The notes beneath the pieces were generated by a model. The model did not search any database. It was not told the DNA's origin and saw only the letters and a list, made by a program, of their open reading frames with translations. From contig NW_024704742.1 of the NCBI RefSeq assembly GCF_018977255.1, positions 39,124,001 to 39,188,000 of the forward strand: 64,000 nucleotides of DNA. Reading direction: 5' to 3'. Both the position numbers and the translations under genes were made by a program. How positions within the stretch are numbered: position 1 is the first letter of the stretch; the number at the start of each line of letters is the position of its first letter. This DNA comes from Callorhinchus milii. Lineage: Eukaryota. This document shows positions 24,944-40,294 of this stretch, one piece after another.

Positions 24944-26937
24944 TGCCTTTGTGTCTCCAATCTACAACAGTTCCGTGGGCTCCTCCAACAAAGGATGACT
25001 TTGGGAAGGAAGGGTCAGGTAAATGTCGCCCAAACAAGGTAGCACTTATTAAAAAACACATAGAAAATGCTGTTATTCAGGTGACATTTGCCTTTAATCT
25101 ACGGCAGATGGCCGGAACCAGACATGGCCATCTACAAGAAACTAAATGAAGATTCGATCGGGTAGACGTTGCCCAAACAATTAGCACTTAGCAGAAACAT
25201 GCACATGAAAATGCTACTGTTCGGGTGATATGTGCCTTTAGTGTTCAAAACCTTGATGTCCTCCATCAAATCATCAGAGACGGAATCCAGATTTGGTCAG
25301 GTAAATGTTGCCCAAACAAGGTAGCACTTACCAAAAACGACACAGAAAATGCTGCTGTTTAGGTGACATGTCCCTTCAATCTACAGCAATTCCAAATCAC
25401 CAGTCGTGGCCTCCTACAACAAACTGAACGGAGGTTCCTTCAGGTAAACATCGCCAAAACAAGTAGCACTTACCAGAAAATTACTCAGCAAAATGCTACT
25501 GTTTGGGTGATATGTCCATTTACTGCACAATACCTTGATGGCATAAGTCGAGGTATTCTCCCCCAATCTTTCACAGTAGGAAAGAAGTTTCGGTCAGGTA
25601 AATGTCGCCAAAACAAGGTAGCACTTATTAAAAAACACATAGAAAATGCTCCTGCTGAGGTGACATGTGCTTTAGTGTTCAAAACCTTGATGTCCTCCAC
25701 CAAATCATCAGAGACGGAATCTAGATTTGTTCAGGTAAATGTCGCCCAAACAAGGTAGCACTTACCAAAAAACACATAGAAAATGCTACTGTTGAGGTGA
25801 CATGTGCCTTTAATCTACGGCAGTTTCCCGGAACCTGACATGGCTTCCTACAACTACACTGAAGGAAGGTTCGGTCAGGAAAACGTTGCCCAAACAGGTA
25901 GCACTTATCTGAAAAATACACAGGAAAATGCTACTGTTTGGGTTACATGTGCCTCTGCTGTCCTATACCCGGATGGAATCAAATGTGGTCTCCTTCACCT
26001 TACCGTCACAGTTGGAAAGAAGGTTTGGTCAGGTAAATGTCGCCCAAACAAGGTAGCACTTACCAAAAAACACATAATAGAAAATGCTCCTGTTCAGTTG
26101 ACATTTGCCTTTAATCTACAGCAGTTCGCCGGAAGCAGACATGGCCTCCTGCAACAAATTAACTGAAGGTTTGGTCAGGAAAACGTTGCCCAAACAGTTA
26201 GCACTTACCAGAAAACAAACAGAAAATGCTGCTGTTTAGGTGACATGTCCCTTCAATCTACAGCAATTCCAAATCACCAGTCGTGGCCTCCTACAACAAA
26301 CTGAACGGAGGTTCCTTCAGGTAAACATCGCCAAAACAAGTAGCACTTACCAGAAAATTACTCAGCAAAATGCTACTGTTTGGGTGATATGTCCATTTAC
26401 TGTACAATACCTTGATGGCATAAGTCGAGGTATTCTCCTCCAATCTTTCACAGTAGGAAAGAAGTTTCGGTCTGGTAAATGTCGCCAAAACAGGGTAGCA
26501 CTTACTAAAAAACACATAGAAAATGCTCCTGCTGAGGTGACATGTGCTTTAGTGTTCAAAACCTTGATGTCCTCCACCAAATCATCAGAGACGGAATCTA
26601 GATTTGTTCAGGTAAATGTCGCCCAAACAAGGTAGCACTTACCAAAAAACACATAGAAAATGCTACTGTTTATGTCACATGTGCCACTAATCTACGGCAG
26701 TTCCCTGAAACCAGACATGGCCTCCTGCAACAAGCTGAATGAAGGTTCGGTCAGGTAAACATTGCCCAAACCAGTAGCACTTAGCAGAAAAATACACAGG
26801 AAAATGCTACTGTTTGGGGGATATGTGCCTTTACTTTCCAACTCCTGGATGGAATCCAATGTGTTCCCCTTCAACAAACCAGCACAGGAGAAAAGGCGTT
26901 TCAGTCAGGCAAATGTCATCCAAACTAGATAGCAATC

Positions 26938-27238
26938 CTGCAGAGATGAAGAGGAATGAAGAGCTGACTTACTTCACCATCTTCTCGTCTTCGTCTCAGT
27001 TTCACAATGTGATTTCTCCAAATGCCCAGACTTCATCTTTTATATTTCTTCAGCTGAATATCTCTTCATCCTTTTCAATTCATTTTGGATAGGGTGATGT
27101 TGTTGCCCTTGGTTGACTTCAATATAGTTGACCAGTTATAAGTTATGATGTCTTTTGTTTGGGTGATAATGACTCCCTTTGTTACCTGGGGTTCAGGTGA
27201 CCTTTCTAATATGTTCACTTTCGAGTAAGAACTAAATA
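26938..27238 (-). promoter_or_regulatory. Promoter module copy 11
   Basis: TATA 27037-27044. Confidence 0.7.
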
Positions 27239-29232
27239 TGCCTTTGTGTCTCCAATCTACAACAGTTCCGTGGGCTCCTCCAACAAAGGATGACTTTGGG
27301 AAGGAAGGGTCAGGTAAATGTCGCCCAAACAAGGTAGCACTTATTAAAAAACACATAGAAAATGCTGTTATTCAGGTGACATTTGCCTTTAATCTACGGC
27401 AGATGGCCGGAACCAGACATGGCCATCTACAAGAAACTAAATGAAGATTCGATCGGGTAGACGTTGCCCAAACAATTAGCACTTAGCAGAAACATGCACA
27501 TGAAAATGCTACTGTTCGGGTGATATGTGCCTTTAGTGTTCAAAACCTTGATGTCCTCCATCAAATCATCAGAGACGGAATCCAGATTTGGTCAGGTAAA
27601 TGTTGCCCAAACAAGGTAGCACTTACCAAAAACGACACAGAAAATGCTGCTGTTTAGGTGACATGTCCCTTCAATCTACAGCAATTCCAAATCACCAGTC
27701 GTGGCCTCCTACAACAAACTGAACGGAGGTTCCTTCAGGTAAACATCGCCAAAACAAGTAGCACTTACCAGAAAATTACTCAGCAAAATGCTACTGTTTG
27801 GGTGATATGTCCATTTACTGCACAATACCTTGATGGCATAAGTCGAGGTATTCTCCCCCAATCTTTCACAGTAGGAAAGAAGTTTCGGTCAGGTAAATGT
27901 CGCCAAAACAAGGTAGCACTTATTAAAAAACACATAGAAAATGCTCCTGCTGAGGTGACATGTGCTTTAGTGTTCAAAACCTTGATGTCCTCCACCAAAT
28001 CATCAGAGACGGAATCTAGATTTGTTCAGGTAAATGTCGCCCAAACAAGGTAGCACTTACCAAAAAACACATAGAAAATGCTACTGTTGAGGTGACATGT
28101 GCCTTTAATCTACGGCAGTTTCCCGGAACCTGACATGGCTTCCTACAACTACACTGAAGGAAGGTTCGGTCAGGAAAACGTTGCCCAAACAGGTAGCACT
28201 TATCTGAAAAATACACAGGAAAATGCTACTGTTTGGGTTACATGTGCCTCTGCTGTCCTATACCCGGATGGAATCAAATGTGGTCTCCTTCACCTTACCG
28301 TCACAGTTGGAAAGAAGGTTTGGTCAGGTAAATGTCGCCCAAACAAGGTAGCACTTACCAAAAAACACATAATAGAAAATGCTCCTGTTCAGTTGACATT
28401 TGCCTTTAATCTACAGCAGTTCGCCGGAAGCAGACATGGCCTCCTGCAACAAATTAACTGAAGGTTTGGTCAGGAAAACGTTGCCCAAACAGTTAGCACT
28501 TACCAGAAAACAAACAGAAAATGCTGCTGTTTAGGTGACATGTCCCTTCAATCTACAGCAATTCCAAATCACCAGTCGTGGCCTCCTACAACAAACTGAA
28601 CGGAGGTTCCTTCAGGTAAACATCGCCAAAACAAGTAGCACTTACCAGAAAATTACTCAGCAAAATGCTACTGTTTGGGTGATATGTCCATTTACTGTAC
28701 AATACCTTGATGGCATAAGTCGAGGTATTCTCCTCCAATCTTTCACAGTAGGAAAGAAGTTTCGGTCTGGTAAATGTCGCCAAAACAGGGTAGCACTTAC
28801 TAAAAAACACATAGAAAATGCTCCTGCTGAGGTGACATGTGCTTTAGTGTTCAAAACCTTGATGTCCTCCACCAAATCATCAGAGACGGAATCTAGATTT
28901 GTTCAGGTAAATGTCGCCCAAACAAGGTAGCACTTACCAAAAAACACATAGAAAATGCTACTGTTTATGTCACATGTGCCACTAATCTACGGCAGTTCCC
29001 TGAAACCAGACATGGCCTCCTGCAACAAGCTGAATGAAGGTTCGGTCAGGTAAACATTGCCCAAACCAGTAGCACTTAGCAGAAAAATACACAGGAAAAT
29101 GCTACTGTTTGGGGGATATGTGCCTTTACTTTCCAACTCCTGGATGGAATCCAATGTGTTCCCCTTCAACAAACCAGCACAGGAGAAAAGGCGTTTCAGT
29201 CAGGCAAATGTCATCCAAACTAGATAGCAATC

Positions 29233-29533
29233 CTGCAGAGATGAAGAGGAATGAAGAGCTGACTTACTTCACCATCTTCTCGTCTTCGTCTCAGTTTCAC
29301 AATGTGATTTCTCCAAATGCCCAGACTTCATCTTTTATATTTCTTCAGCTGAATATCTCTTCATCCTTTTCAATTCATTTTGGATAGGGTGATGTTGTTG
29401 CCCTTGGTTGACTTCAATATAGTTGACCAGTTATAAGTTATGATGTCTTTTGTTTGGGTGATAATGACTCCCTTTGTTACCTGGGGTTCAGGTGACCTTT
29501 CTAATATGTTCACTTTCGAGTAAGAACTAAATA
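29233..29533 (-). promoter_or_regulatory. Promoter module copy 12
   Basis: TATA 29332-29339. Confidence 0.7.
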
Positions 29534-31527
29534 TGCCTTTGTGTCTCCAATCTACAACAGTTCCGTGGGCTCCTCCAACAAAGGATGACTTTGGGAAGGA
29601 AGGGTCAGGTAAATGTCGCCCAAACAAGGTAGCACTTATTAAAAAACACATAGAAAATGCTGTTATTCAGGTGACATTTGCCTTTAATCTACGGCAGATG
29701 GCCGGAACCAGACATGGCCATCTACAAGAAACTAAATGAAGATTCGATCGGGTAGACGTTGCCCAAACAATTAGCACTTAGCAGAAACATGCACATGAAA
29801 ATGCTACTGTTCGGGTGATATGTGCCTTTAGTGTTCAAAACCTTGATGTCCTCCATCAAATCATCAGAGACGGAATCCAGATTTGGTCAGGTAAATGTTG
29901 CCCAAACAAGGTAGCACTTACCAAAAACGACACAGAAAATGCTGCTGTTTAGGTGACATGTCCCTTCAATCTACAGCAATTCCAAATCACCAGTCGTGGC
30001 CTCCTACAACAAACTGAACGGAGGTTCCTTCAGGTAAACATCGCCAAAACAAGTAGCACTTACCAGAAAATTACTCAGCAAAATGCTACTGTTTGGGTGA
30101 TATGTCCATTTACTGCACAATACCTTGATGGCATAAGTCGAGGTATTCTCCCCCAATCTTTCACAGTAGGAAAGAAGTTTCGGTCAGGTAAATGTCGCCA
30201 AAACAAGGTAGCACTTATTAAAAAACACATAGAAAATGCTCCTGCTGAGGTGACATGTGCTTTAGTGTTCAAAACCTTGATGTCCTCCACCAAATCATCA
30301 GAGACGGAATCTAGATTTGTTCAGGTAAATGTCGCCCAAACAAGGTAGCACTTACCAAAAAACACATAGAAAATGCTACTGTTGAGGTGACATGTGCCTT
30401 TAATCTACGGCAGTTTCCCGGAACCTGACATGGCTTCCTACAACTACACTGAAGGAAGGTTCGGTCAGGAAAACGTTGCCCAAACAGGTAGCACTTATCT
30501 GAAAAATACACAGGAAAATGCTACTGTTTGGGTTACATGTGCCTCTGCTGTCCTATACCCGGATGGAATCAAATGTGGTCTCCTTCACCTTACCGTCACA
30601 GTTGGAAAGAAGGTTTGGTCAGGTAAATGTCGCCCAAACAAGGTAGCACTTACCAAAAAACACATAATAGAAAATGCTCCTGTTCAGTTGACATTTGCCT
30701 TTAATCTACAGCAGTTCGCCGGAAGCAGACATGGCCTCCTGCAACAAATTAACTGAAGGTTTGGTCAGGAAAACGTTGCCCAAACAGTTAGCACTTACCA
30801 GAAAACAAACAGAAAATGCTGCTGTTTAGGTGACATGTCCCTTCAATCTACAGCAATTCCAAATCACCAGTCGTGGCCTCCTACAACAAACTGAACGGAG
30901 GTTCCTTCAGGTAAACATCGCCAAAACAAGTAGCACTTACCAGAAAATTACTCAGCAAAATGCTACTGTTTGGGTGATATGTCCATTTACTGTACAATAC
31001 CTTGATGGCATAAGTCGAGGTATTCTCCTCCAATCTTTCACAGTAGGAAAGAAGTTTCGGTCTGGTAAATGTCGCCAAAACAGGGTAGCACTTACTAAAA
31101 AACACATAGAAAATGCTCCTGCTGAGGTGACATGTGCTTTAGTGTTCAAAACCTTGATGTCCTCCACCAAATCATCAGAGACGGAATCTAGATTTGTTCA
31201 GGTAAATGTCGCCCAAACAAGGTAGCACTTACCAAAAAACACATAGAAAATGCTACTGTTTAGGTCACATGTGCCACTAATCTACGGCAGTTCCCTGAAA
31301 CCAGACATGGCCTCCTGCAACAAGCTGAATGAAGGTTCGGTCAGGTAAACATTGCCCAAACCAGTAGCACTTAGCAGAAAAATACACAGGAAAATGCTAC
31401 TGTTTGGGGGATATGTGCCTTTACTTTCCAACTCCTGGATGGAATCCAATGTGTTCCCCTTCAACAAACCAGCACAGGAGAAAAGGCGTTTCAGTCAGGC
31501 AAATGTCATCCAAACTAGATAGCAATC

Positions 31528-31827
31528 CTGCAGAGATGAGAGGAATGAAGAGCTGACTTACTTCACCATCTTCTCGTCTTCGTCTCAGTTTCACAATGTG
31601 ATTTCTCCAAATGCCCAGACTTCATCTTTTATATTTCTTCAGCTGAATATCTCTTCATCCTTTTCAATTCATTTTGGATAGGGTGATGTTGTTGCCCTTG
31701 GTTGACTTCAATATAGTTGACCAGTTATAAGTTATGATGTCTTTTGTTTGGGTGATAATGACTCCCTTTGTTACCTGGGGTTCAGGTGACCTTTCTAATA
31801 TGTTCACTTTCGAGTAAGAACTAAATA
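31528..31827 (-). promoter_or_regulatory. Promoter module copy 13
   Basis: TATA 31626-31633. Confidence 0.7.
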
Positions 31828-33539
31828 TGCCTTTGTGTCTCCAATCTACAACAGTTCCGTGGGCTCCTCCAACAAAGGATGACTTTGGGAAGGAAGGGTC
31901 AGGTAAATGTCGCCCAAACAAGGTAGCACTTATTAAAAAACACATAGAAAATGCTGCTGTTTAGGTGACATGTCCCTTCAATCTACAGCAATTCCAAATC
32001 ACCAGTCGTGGCCTCCTACAACAAACTGAACGGAGGTTCCTTCAGGTAAACATCGCCAAAACAAGTAGCACTTACCAGAAAATTACTCAGCAAAATGCTA
32101 CTGTTTGGGTGATATGTCCATTTACTGCACAATACCTTGATGGCATAAGTCGAGGTATTCTCCCCCAATCTTTCACAGTAGGAAAGAAGTTTCGGTCAGG
32201 TAAATGTCGCCAAAACAAGGTAGCACTTATTAAAAAACACATAGAAAATGCTCCTGCTGAGGTGACATGTGCTTTAGTGTTCAAAACCTTGATGTCCTCC
32301 ACCAAATCATCAGAGACGGAATCTAGATTTGTTCAGGTAAATGTCGCCCAAACAAGGTAGCACTTACCAAAAAACACATAGAAAATGCTACTGTTGAGGT
32401 GACATGTGCCTTTAATCTACGGCAGTTTCCCGGAACCTGACATGGCTTCCTACAACTACACTGAAGGAAGGTTCGGTCAGGAAAACGTTGCCCAAACAGG
32501 TAGCACTTATCTGAAAAATACACAGGAAAATGCTACTCTTTGGGTTACATGTGCCTCTGCTGTCCTATACCCGGATGGAATCAAATGTGGTCTCCTTCAC
32601 CTTACCGTCACAGTTGGAAAGAAGGTTTGGTCAGGTAAATGTCGCCCAAACAAGGTAGCACTTACCAAAAAACACATAATAGAAAATGCTCCTGTTCAGT
32701 TGACATTTGCCTTTAATCTACAGCAGTTCGCCGGAAGCAGACATGGCCTCCTGCAACAAATTAACTGAAGGTTTGGTCAGGAAAACGTTGCCCAAACAGT
32801 TAGCACTTACCAGAAAACAAACAGAAAATGCTGCTGTTTAGGTGACATGTCCCTTCAATCTACAGCAATTCCAAATCACCAGTCGTGGCCTCCTACAACA
32901 AACTGAACGGAGGTTCCTTCAGGTAAACATCGCCAAAACAAGTAGCACTTACCAGAAAATTACTCAGCAAAATGCTACTGTTTGGGTGATATGTCCATTT
33001 ACTGTACAATACCTTGATGGCATAAGTCGAGGTATTCTCCTCCAATCTTTCACAGTAGGAAAGAAGTTTCGGTCTGGTAAATGTCGCCAAAACAGGGTAG
33101 CACTTACTAAAAAACACATAGAAAATGCTCCTGCTGAGGTGACATGTGCTTTAGTGTTCAAAACCTTGATGTCCTCCACCAAATCATCAGAGACGGAATC
33201 TAGATTTGTTCAGGTAAATGTCGCCCAAACAAGGTAGCACTTACCAAAAAACACATAGAAAATGCTACTGTTTAGGTCACATGTGCCACTAATCTACGGC
33301 AGTTCCCTGAAACCAGACATGGCCTCCTGCAACAAGCTGAATGAAGGTTCGGTCAGGTAAACATTGCCCAAACCAGTAGCACTTAGCAGAAAAATACACA
33401 GGAAAATGCTACTGTTTGGGGGATATGTGCCTTTACTTTCCAACTCCTGGATGGAATCCAATGTGTTCCCCTTCAACAAACCAGCACAGGAGAAAAGGCG
33501 TTTCAGTCAGGCAAATGTCATCCAAACTAGATAGCAATC

Positions 33540-33840
33540 CTGCAGAGATGAAGAGGAATGAAGAGCTGACTTACTTCACCATCTTCTCGTCTTCGTCTCA
33601 GTTTCACAATGTGATTTCTCCAAATGCCCAGACTTCATCTTTTATATTTCTTCAGCTGAATATCTCTTCATCCTTTTCAATTCATTTTGGATAGGGTGAT
33701 GTTGTTGCCCTTGGTTGACTTCAATATAGTTGACCAGTTATAAGTTATGATGTCTTTTGTTTGGGTGATAATGACTCCCTTTGTTACCTGGGGTTCAGGT
33801 GACCTTTCTAATATGTTCACTTTCGAGTAAGAACTAAATA
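33540..33840 (-). promoter_or_regulatory. Promoter module copy 14
   Basis: TATA 33639-33646. Confidence 0.7.
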
Positions 33841-35834
33841 TGCCTTTGTGTCTCCAATCTACAACAGTTCCGTGGGCTCCTCCAACAAAGGATGACTTTG
33901 GGAAGGAAGGGTCAGGTAAATGTCGCCCAAACAAGGTAGCACTTATTAAAAAACACATAGAAAATGCTGTTATTCAGGTGACATTTGCCTTTAATCTACG
34001 GCAGATGGCCGGAACCAGACATGGCCATCTACAAGAAACTAAATGAAGATTCGATCGGGTAGACGTTGCCCAAACAATTAGCACTTAGCAGAAACATGCA
34101 CATGAAAATGCTACTGTTCGGGTGATATGTGCCTTTAGTGTTCAAAACCTTGATGTCCTCCATCAAATCATCAGAGACGGAATCCAGATTTGGTCAGGTA
34201 AATGTTGCCCAAACAAGGTAGCACTTACCAAAAACGACACAGAAAATGCTGCTGTTTAGGTGACATGTCCCTTCAATCTACAGCAATTCCAAATCACCAG
34301 TCGTGGCCTCCTACAACAAACTGAACGGAGGTTCCTTCAGGTAAACATCGCCAAAACAAGTAGCACTTACCAGAAAATTACTCAGCAAAATGCTACTGTT
34401 TGGGTGATATGTCCATTTACTGCACAATACCTTGATGGCATAAGTCGAGGTATTCTCCCCCAATCTTTCACAGTAGGAAAGAAGTTTCGGTCAGGTAAAT
34501 GTCGCCAAAACAAGGTAGCACTTATTAAAAAACACATAGAAAATGCTCCTGCTGAGGTGACATGTGCTTTAGTGTTCAAAACCTTGATGTCCTCCACCAA
34601 ATCATCAGAGACGGAATCTAGATTTGTTCACGTAAATGTCGCCCAAACAAGGTAGCACTTACCAAAAAACACATAGAAAATGCTACTGTTTAGGTGACAT
34701 GTGCCACTAATCTACGGCAGTTTCCCGGAACCTGACATGGCTTCCTACAACCACACTGAAGGAAGGTTCGGTCAGGAAAACGTTGCCCAAACAGGTAGCA
34801 CTTATCTGAAAAATACACAGGAAAATGCTACTCTTTGGGTTACATGTGCCTCTGCTGTCCTATACCCGGATGGAATCAAATGTGGTCTCCTTCACCTTAC
34901 CGTCACAGTTGGAAAGAAGGTTTGGTCAGGTAAATGTCGCCCAAACAAGGTAGCACTTACCAAAAAACACATAATAGAAAATGCTCCTGTTCAGTTGACA
35001 TTTGCCTTTAATCTACAGCAGTTCGCCGGAAGCAGACATGGCCTCCTGCAACAAATTAACTGAAGGTTTGGTCAGGAAAACGTTGCCCAAACAGTTAGCA
35101 CTTACCAGAAAACAAACAGAAAATGCTGCTGTTTAGGTGACATGTCCCTTCAATCTACAGCAATTCCAAATCACCAGTCGTGGCCTCCTACAACAAACTG
35201 AACGGAGGTTCCTTCAGGTAAACATCGCCAAAACAAGTAGCACTTACCAGAAAATTACTCAGCAAAATGCTACTGTTTGGGTGATATGTCCATTTACTGT
35301 ACAATACCTTGATGGCATAAGTCGAGGTATTCTCCTCCAATCTTTCACAGTAGGAAAGAAGTTTCGGTCTGGTAAATGTCGCCAAAACAGGGTAGCACTT
35401 ACTAAAAAACACATAGAAAATGCTCCTGCTGAGGTGACATGTGCTTTAGTGTTCAAAACCTTGATGTCCTCCACCAAATCATCAGAGACGGAATCTAGAT
35501 TTGTTCAGGTAAATGTCGCCCAAACAAGGTAGCACTTACCAAAAAACACATAGAAAATGCTACTGTTTAGGTCACATGTGCCACTAATCTACGGCAGTTC
35601 CCTGAAACCAGACATGGCCTCCTGCAACAAGCTGAATGAAGGTTCGGTCAGGTAAACATTGCCCAAACCAGTAGCACTTAGCAGAAAAATACACAGGAAA
35701 ATGCTACTGTTTGGGGGATATGTGCCTTTACTTTCCAACTCCTGGATGGAATCCAATGTGTTCCCCTTCAACAAACCAGCACAGGAGAAAAGGCGTTTCA
35801 GTCAGGCAAATGTCATCCAAACTAGATAGCAATC

Positions 35835-36135
35835 CTGCAGAGATGAAGAGGAATGAAGAGCTGACTTACTTCACCATCTTCTCGTCTTCGTCTCAGTTTC
35901 ACAATGTGATTTCTCCAAATGCCCAGACTTCATCTTTTATATTTCTTCAGCTGAATATCTCTTCATCCTTTTCAATTCATTTTGGATAGGGTGATGTTGT
36001 TGCCCTTGGTTGACTTCAATATAGTTGACCAGTTATAAGTTATGATGTCTTTTGTTTGGGTGATAATGACTCCCTTTGTTACCTGGGGTTCAGGTGACCT
36101 TTCTAATATGTTCACTTTCGAGTAAGAACTAAATA
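35835..36135 (-). promoter_or_regulatory. Promoter module copy 15
   Basis: TATA 35934-35941. Confidence 0.7.
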
Positions 36136-38281
36136 TGCCTTTGTGTCTCCAATCTACAACAGTTCCGTGGGCTCCTCCAACAAAGGATGACTTTGGGAAG
36201 GAAGGGTCAGGTAAATGTCGCCCAAACAAGGTAGCACTTATTAAAAAACACATAGAAAATGCTGTTATTCAGGTGACATTTGCCTTTAATCTACGGCAGA
36301 TGGCCGGAACCAGACATGGCCATCTACAAGAAACTAAATGAAGATTCGATCGGGTAGACGTTGCCCAAACAATTAGCACTTAGCAGAAACATGCACATGA
36401 AAATGCTACTGTTCGGGTGATATGTGCCTTTAGTGTTCAAAACCTTGATGTCCTCCATCAAATCATCAGAGACGGAATCCAGATTTGGTCAGGTAAATGT
36501 TGCCCAAACAAGGTAGCACTTACCAAAAACGACACAGAAAATGCTGCTGTTTAGGTGACATGTCCCTTCAATCTACAGCAATTCCAAATCACCAGTCGTG
36601 GCCTCCTACAACAAACTGAACGGAGGTTCCTTCAGGTAAACATCGCCAAAACAAGTAGCACTTACCAGAAAATTACTCAGCAAAATGCTACTGTTTGGGT
36701 GATATGTCCATTTACTGCACAATACCTTGATGGCATAAGTCGAGGTATTCTCCCCCAATCTTTCACAGTAGGAAAGAAGTTTCGGTCAGGTAAATGTCGC
36801 CAAAACAAGGTAGCACTTATTAAAAAACACATAGAAAATGCTCCTGCTGAGGTGACATGTGCTTTAGTGTTCAAAACCTTGATGTCCTCCACCAAATCAT
36901 CAGAGACGGAATCTAGATTTGTTCAGGTAAATGTCGCCCAAACAAGGTAGCACTTACCAAAAAACACATAGAAAATGCTACTGTTTAGGTCACATGTGCC
37001 ACTAATCTACGGCAGTTCCCCGGAACCTGACATGGCTTCCTACAACCACACTGAAGGAAGGTTCGGTCAGGAAAACGTTGCCCAAACAGGTAGCACTTAT
37101 CTGAAAAATACACAGGAAAATGCTACTGTTTGGGTTACATGTGCCTCTGCTGTCCTATACCCGGATGGAATCAAATGTGGTCTCCTTCACCTTACCGTCA
37201 CAGTTGGAAAGAAGGTTTGGTCAGGTAAATGTCGCCCAAACAAGGTAGCACTTACCAAAAAACACATAGAAAATGCTACTGTTTAGGTCACATGTGCCAC
37301 TAATCTACGGCAGTTCCCCGGAACCTGACATGGCTTCCTACAACCACACTGAAGGAAGGTTCGGTCAGGAAAACGTTGTCCAAACAGTTAGCACTTACCG
37401 GAAAACAAACAGAAAATGCTGCTGTTTAGGTGACATGTCCCTTCAATCTACAGCAATTCCAAATCACCAGTCGTGGCCTCCTACAACAAACTGAATGGAG
37501 GTTCCTTCAGGTAAACATCGCCAAAACAAGTAGCACTTACCAGAAAATTACTCAGCAAAATGCTATTGTTTGGGTGATATGTCCATTTACTGCACAATAC
37601 CTTGATGGCATAAGTCGAGGTATTCTCCCCCAATCTTTCACAGTAGGAAAGAAGTTTCGGTCAGGTAAGCATCGCCAAAACAAGTTGCACTTACCAGAAA
37701 ATTACTCAGCAAAATGCTACTGTTTGGGTGATATGTCCATTTACTGCACAATACCTTGATGGCATAAGTCAAGGTATTCTCCCCCAATCTTTCACAGTAG
37801 GAAAGAAGTTTCGGTCAGGTAAATGTCGCCAAAACAAGGTAGCACTTATTAAAAAACACATAGAAAATGCTCCTGCTGAGGTGACATGTGCTTCAGTGTT
37901 CAAAACCTTGATGTCCTCCACCAAATCATCAGAGACGGAATCCAGATTTGTTCAGGTAAATGTCGCCCAAACAAAGTAGCACTTGCCAAAAAACACATAG
38001 AAAATGCTACTGTTTAGGTCACATGTGCCACTAATCTACGGCAGTTCCCTGAAACCAGACATGGCCTCCTGCAACAAGCTGAATGAAGGTTCGGTCAGGT
38101 AAACATTGCCCAAACCAGTAGCACTTAGCAGAAAAATACACAAGAAAATGCTACTGTTTGGGTGATATGTGCCTTTACTTTCCAACTCCTGGATGGAATC
38201 CAATGTGTTCCCCTTCAACAAACCAGCACAGGAGAAAAGGTGTTTCAGTCAGGCAAATGTCATCCAAACTAGATAGCAATC

Positions 38282-38582
38282 CTGCAGAGATGAGGAGGAA
38301 TGAAGAGCTGACTTACTTTACCATCTTCTCGTCTTCGTCTCAGTTTCACAATGTGATTTCTCCAAATGCCCAGACTTCATCTTTTATATTTCTTCAGCTG
38401 AATATCTCTTCATCCTTTTCAATTCATTTTGGATAGGGTGATGTTGTTGCCCTTGGTTGACTTCAATATAGTTGACCAGTTATAAGTTATGATGTCTTTT
38501 GTTTGGGTGATAATGACTCCCTTTGTTACCTGGGGTTCAGGTGACCTTTCTAATATGTTCACTTTCGAGTAAGAACTAAATA
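38282..38582 (-). promoter_or_regulatory. Promoter module copy 16
   Basis: TATA 38381-38388. Confidence 0.7.
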
Positions 38583-40294
38583 TGCCTTTGTGTCTCCAAT
38601 CTACAACAGTTCCGTGGGCTCCTCCAACAAAGGATGACTTTGGGAAGGAAGGGTCAGGTAAATGTCGCCCAAACAAGGTAGCACTTATTAAAAAACACAT
38701 AGAAAATGCTGCTGTTTAGGTGACATGTCCCTTCAATCTACAGCAAATCCAAATCACCAGTCGTGGCCTCCTACAACAAACTGAACGGAGGTTCCTTCAG
38801 GTAAACATCGCCAAAACAAGTAGCACTTACCAGAAAATTACTCAGCAAAATGCTACTGTTTGGGTGATATGTCCATTTACTGCACAATACCTTGATGGCA
38901 TAATTCGAGGTATTCTCCCCCAATCTTTCACAGTAGGAAAGAAGTTTCGGTCAGGTAAATGTCGCCAAAACAAGGTAGCACTTATTAAAAAACACATAGA
39001 AAATGCTCCTGCTGAGGTGACATGTGCTTTAGTGTTCAAAACCTTGATGTCCTCCACCAAATCATCAGAGACGGAATCTAGATTTGTTCAGGTAAATGTC
39101 GCCCAAACAAGGTAGCACTTACCAAAAAACACATAGAAAATGCTACTGTTGAGGTGACATGTGCCTTTAATCTACGGCAGTTTCCCGGAACCTGACATGG
39201 CTTCCTACAACGACACTGAAGGAAGGTTCGGTCAGGAAAACGTTGCCCAAACAGGTAGCACTTATCTGAAAAATACACAGGAAAATGCTACTCTTTGGGT
39301 TACATGTGCCTCTGCTGTCCTATACCCGGATGGAATCAAATGTGGTCTCCTTCACCTTACCGTCACAGTTGGAAAGAAGGTTTGGTCAGGTAAATGTCGC
39401 CCAAACAAGGTAGCACTTACCAAAAAACACATAATAGAAAATGCTCCTGTTCAGTTGACATTTGCCTTTAATCTACAGCAGTTCGCCGGAAGCAGACATG
39501 GCCTCCTGCAACAAATTAACTGAAGGTTTGGTCAGGAAAACGTTGCCCAAACAGTTAGCACTTACCAGAAAACAAACAGAAAATGCTGCTGTTTAGGTGA
39601 CATGTCCCTTCAATCTACAGCAATTCCAAATCACCAGTCGTGGCCTCCTACAACAAACTGAACGGAGGTTCCTTCAGGTAAACATCGCCAAAACAAGTAG
39701 CACTTACCAGAAAATTACTCAGCAAAATGCTACTGTTTGGGTGATATGTCCATTTACTGTACAATACCTTGATGGCATAAGTCGAGGTATTCTCCTCCAA
39801 TCTTTCACAGTAGGAAAGAAGTTTCGGTCTGGTAAATGTCGCCAAAACAGGGTAGCACTTACTAAAAAACACATAGAAAATGCTCCTGCTGAGGTGACAT
39901 GTGCTTTAGTGTTCAAAACCTTGATGTCCTCCACCAAATCATCAGAGACGGAATCTAGATTTGTTCAGGTAAATGTCGCCCAAACAAGGTAGCACTTACC
40001 AAAAAACACATAGAAAATGCTACTGTTTAGGTCACATGTGCCACTAATCTACGGCAGTTCCCTGAAACCAGACATGGCCTCCTGCAACAAGCTGAATGAA
40101 GGTTCGGTCAGGTAAACATTGCCCAAACCAGTAGCACTTAGCAGAAAAATACACAGGAAAATGCTACTGTTTGGGGGATATGTGCCTTTACTTTCCAACT
40201 CCTGGATGGAATCCAATGTGTTCCCCTTCAACAAACCAGCACAGGAGAAAAGGTGTTTCAGTCAGGCAAATGTCATCCAAACTAGATAGCAATC

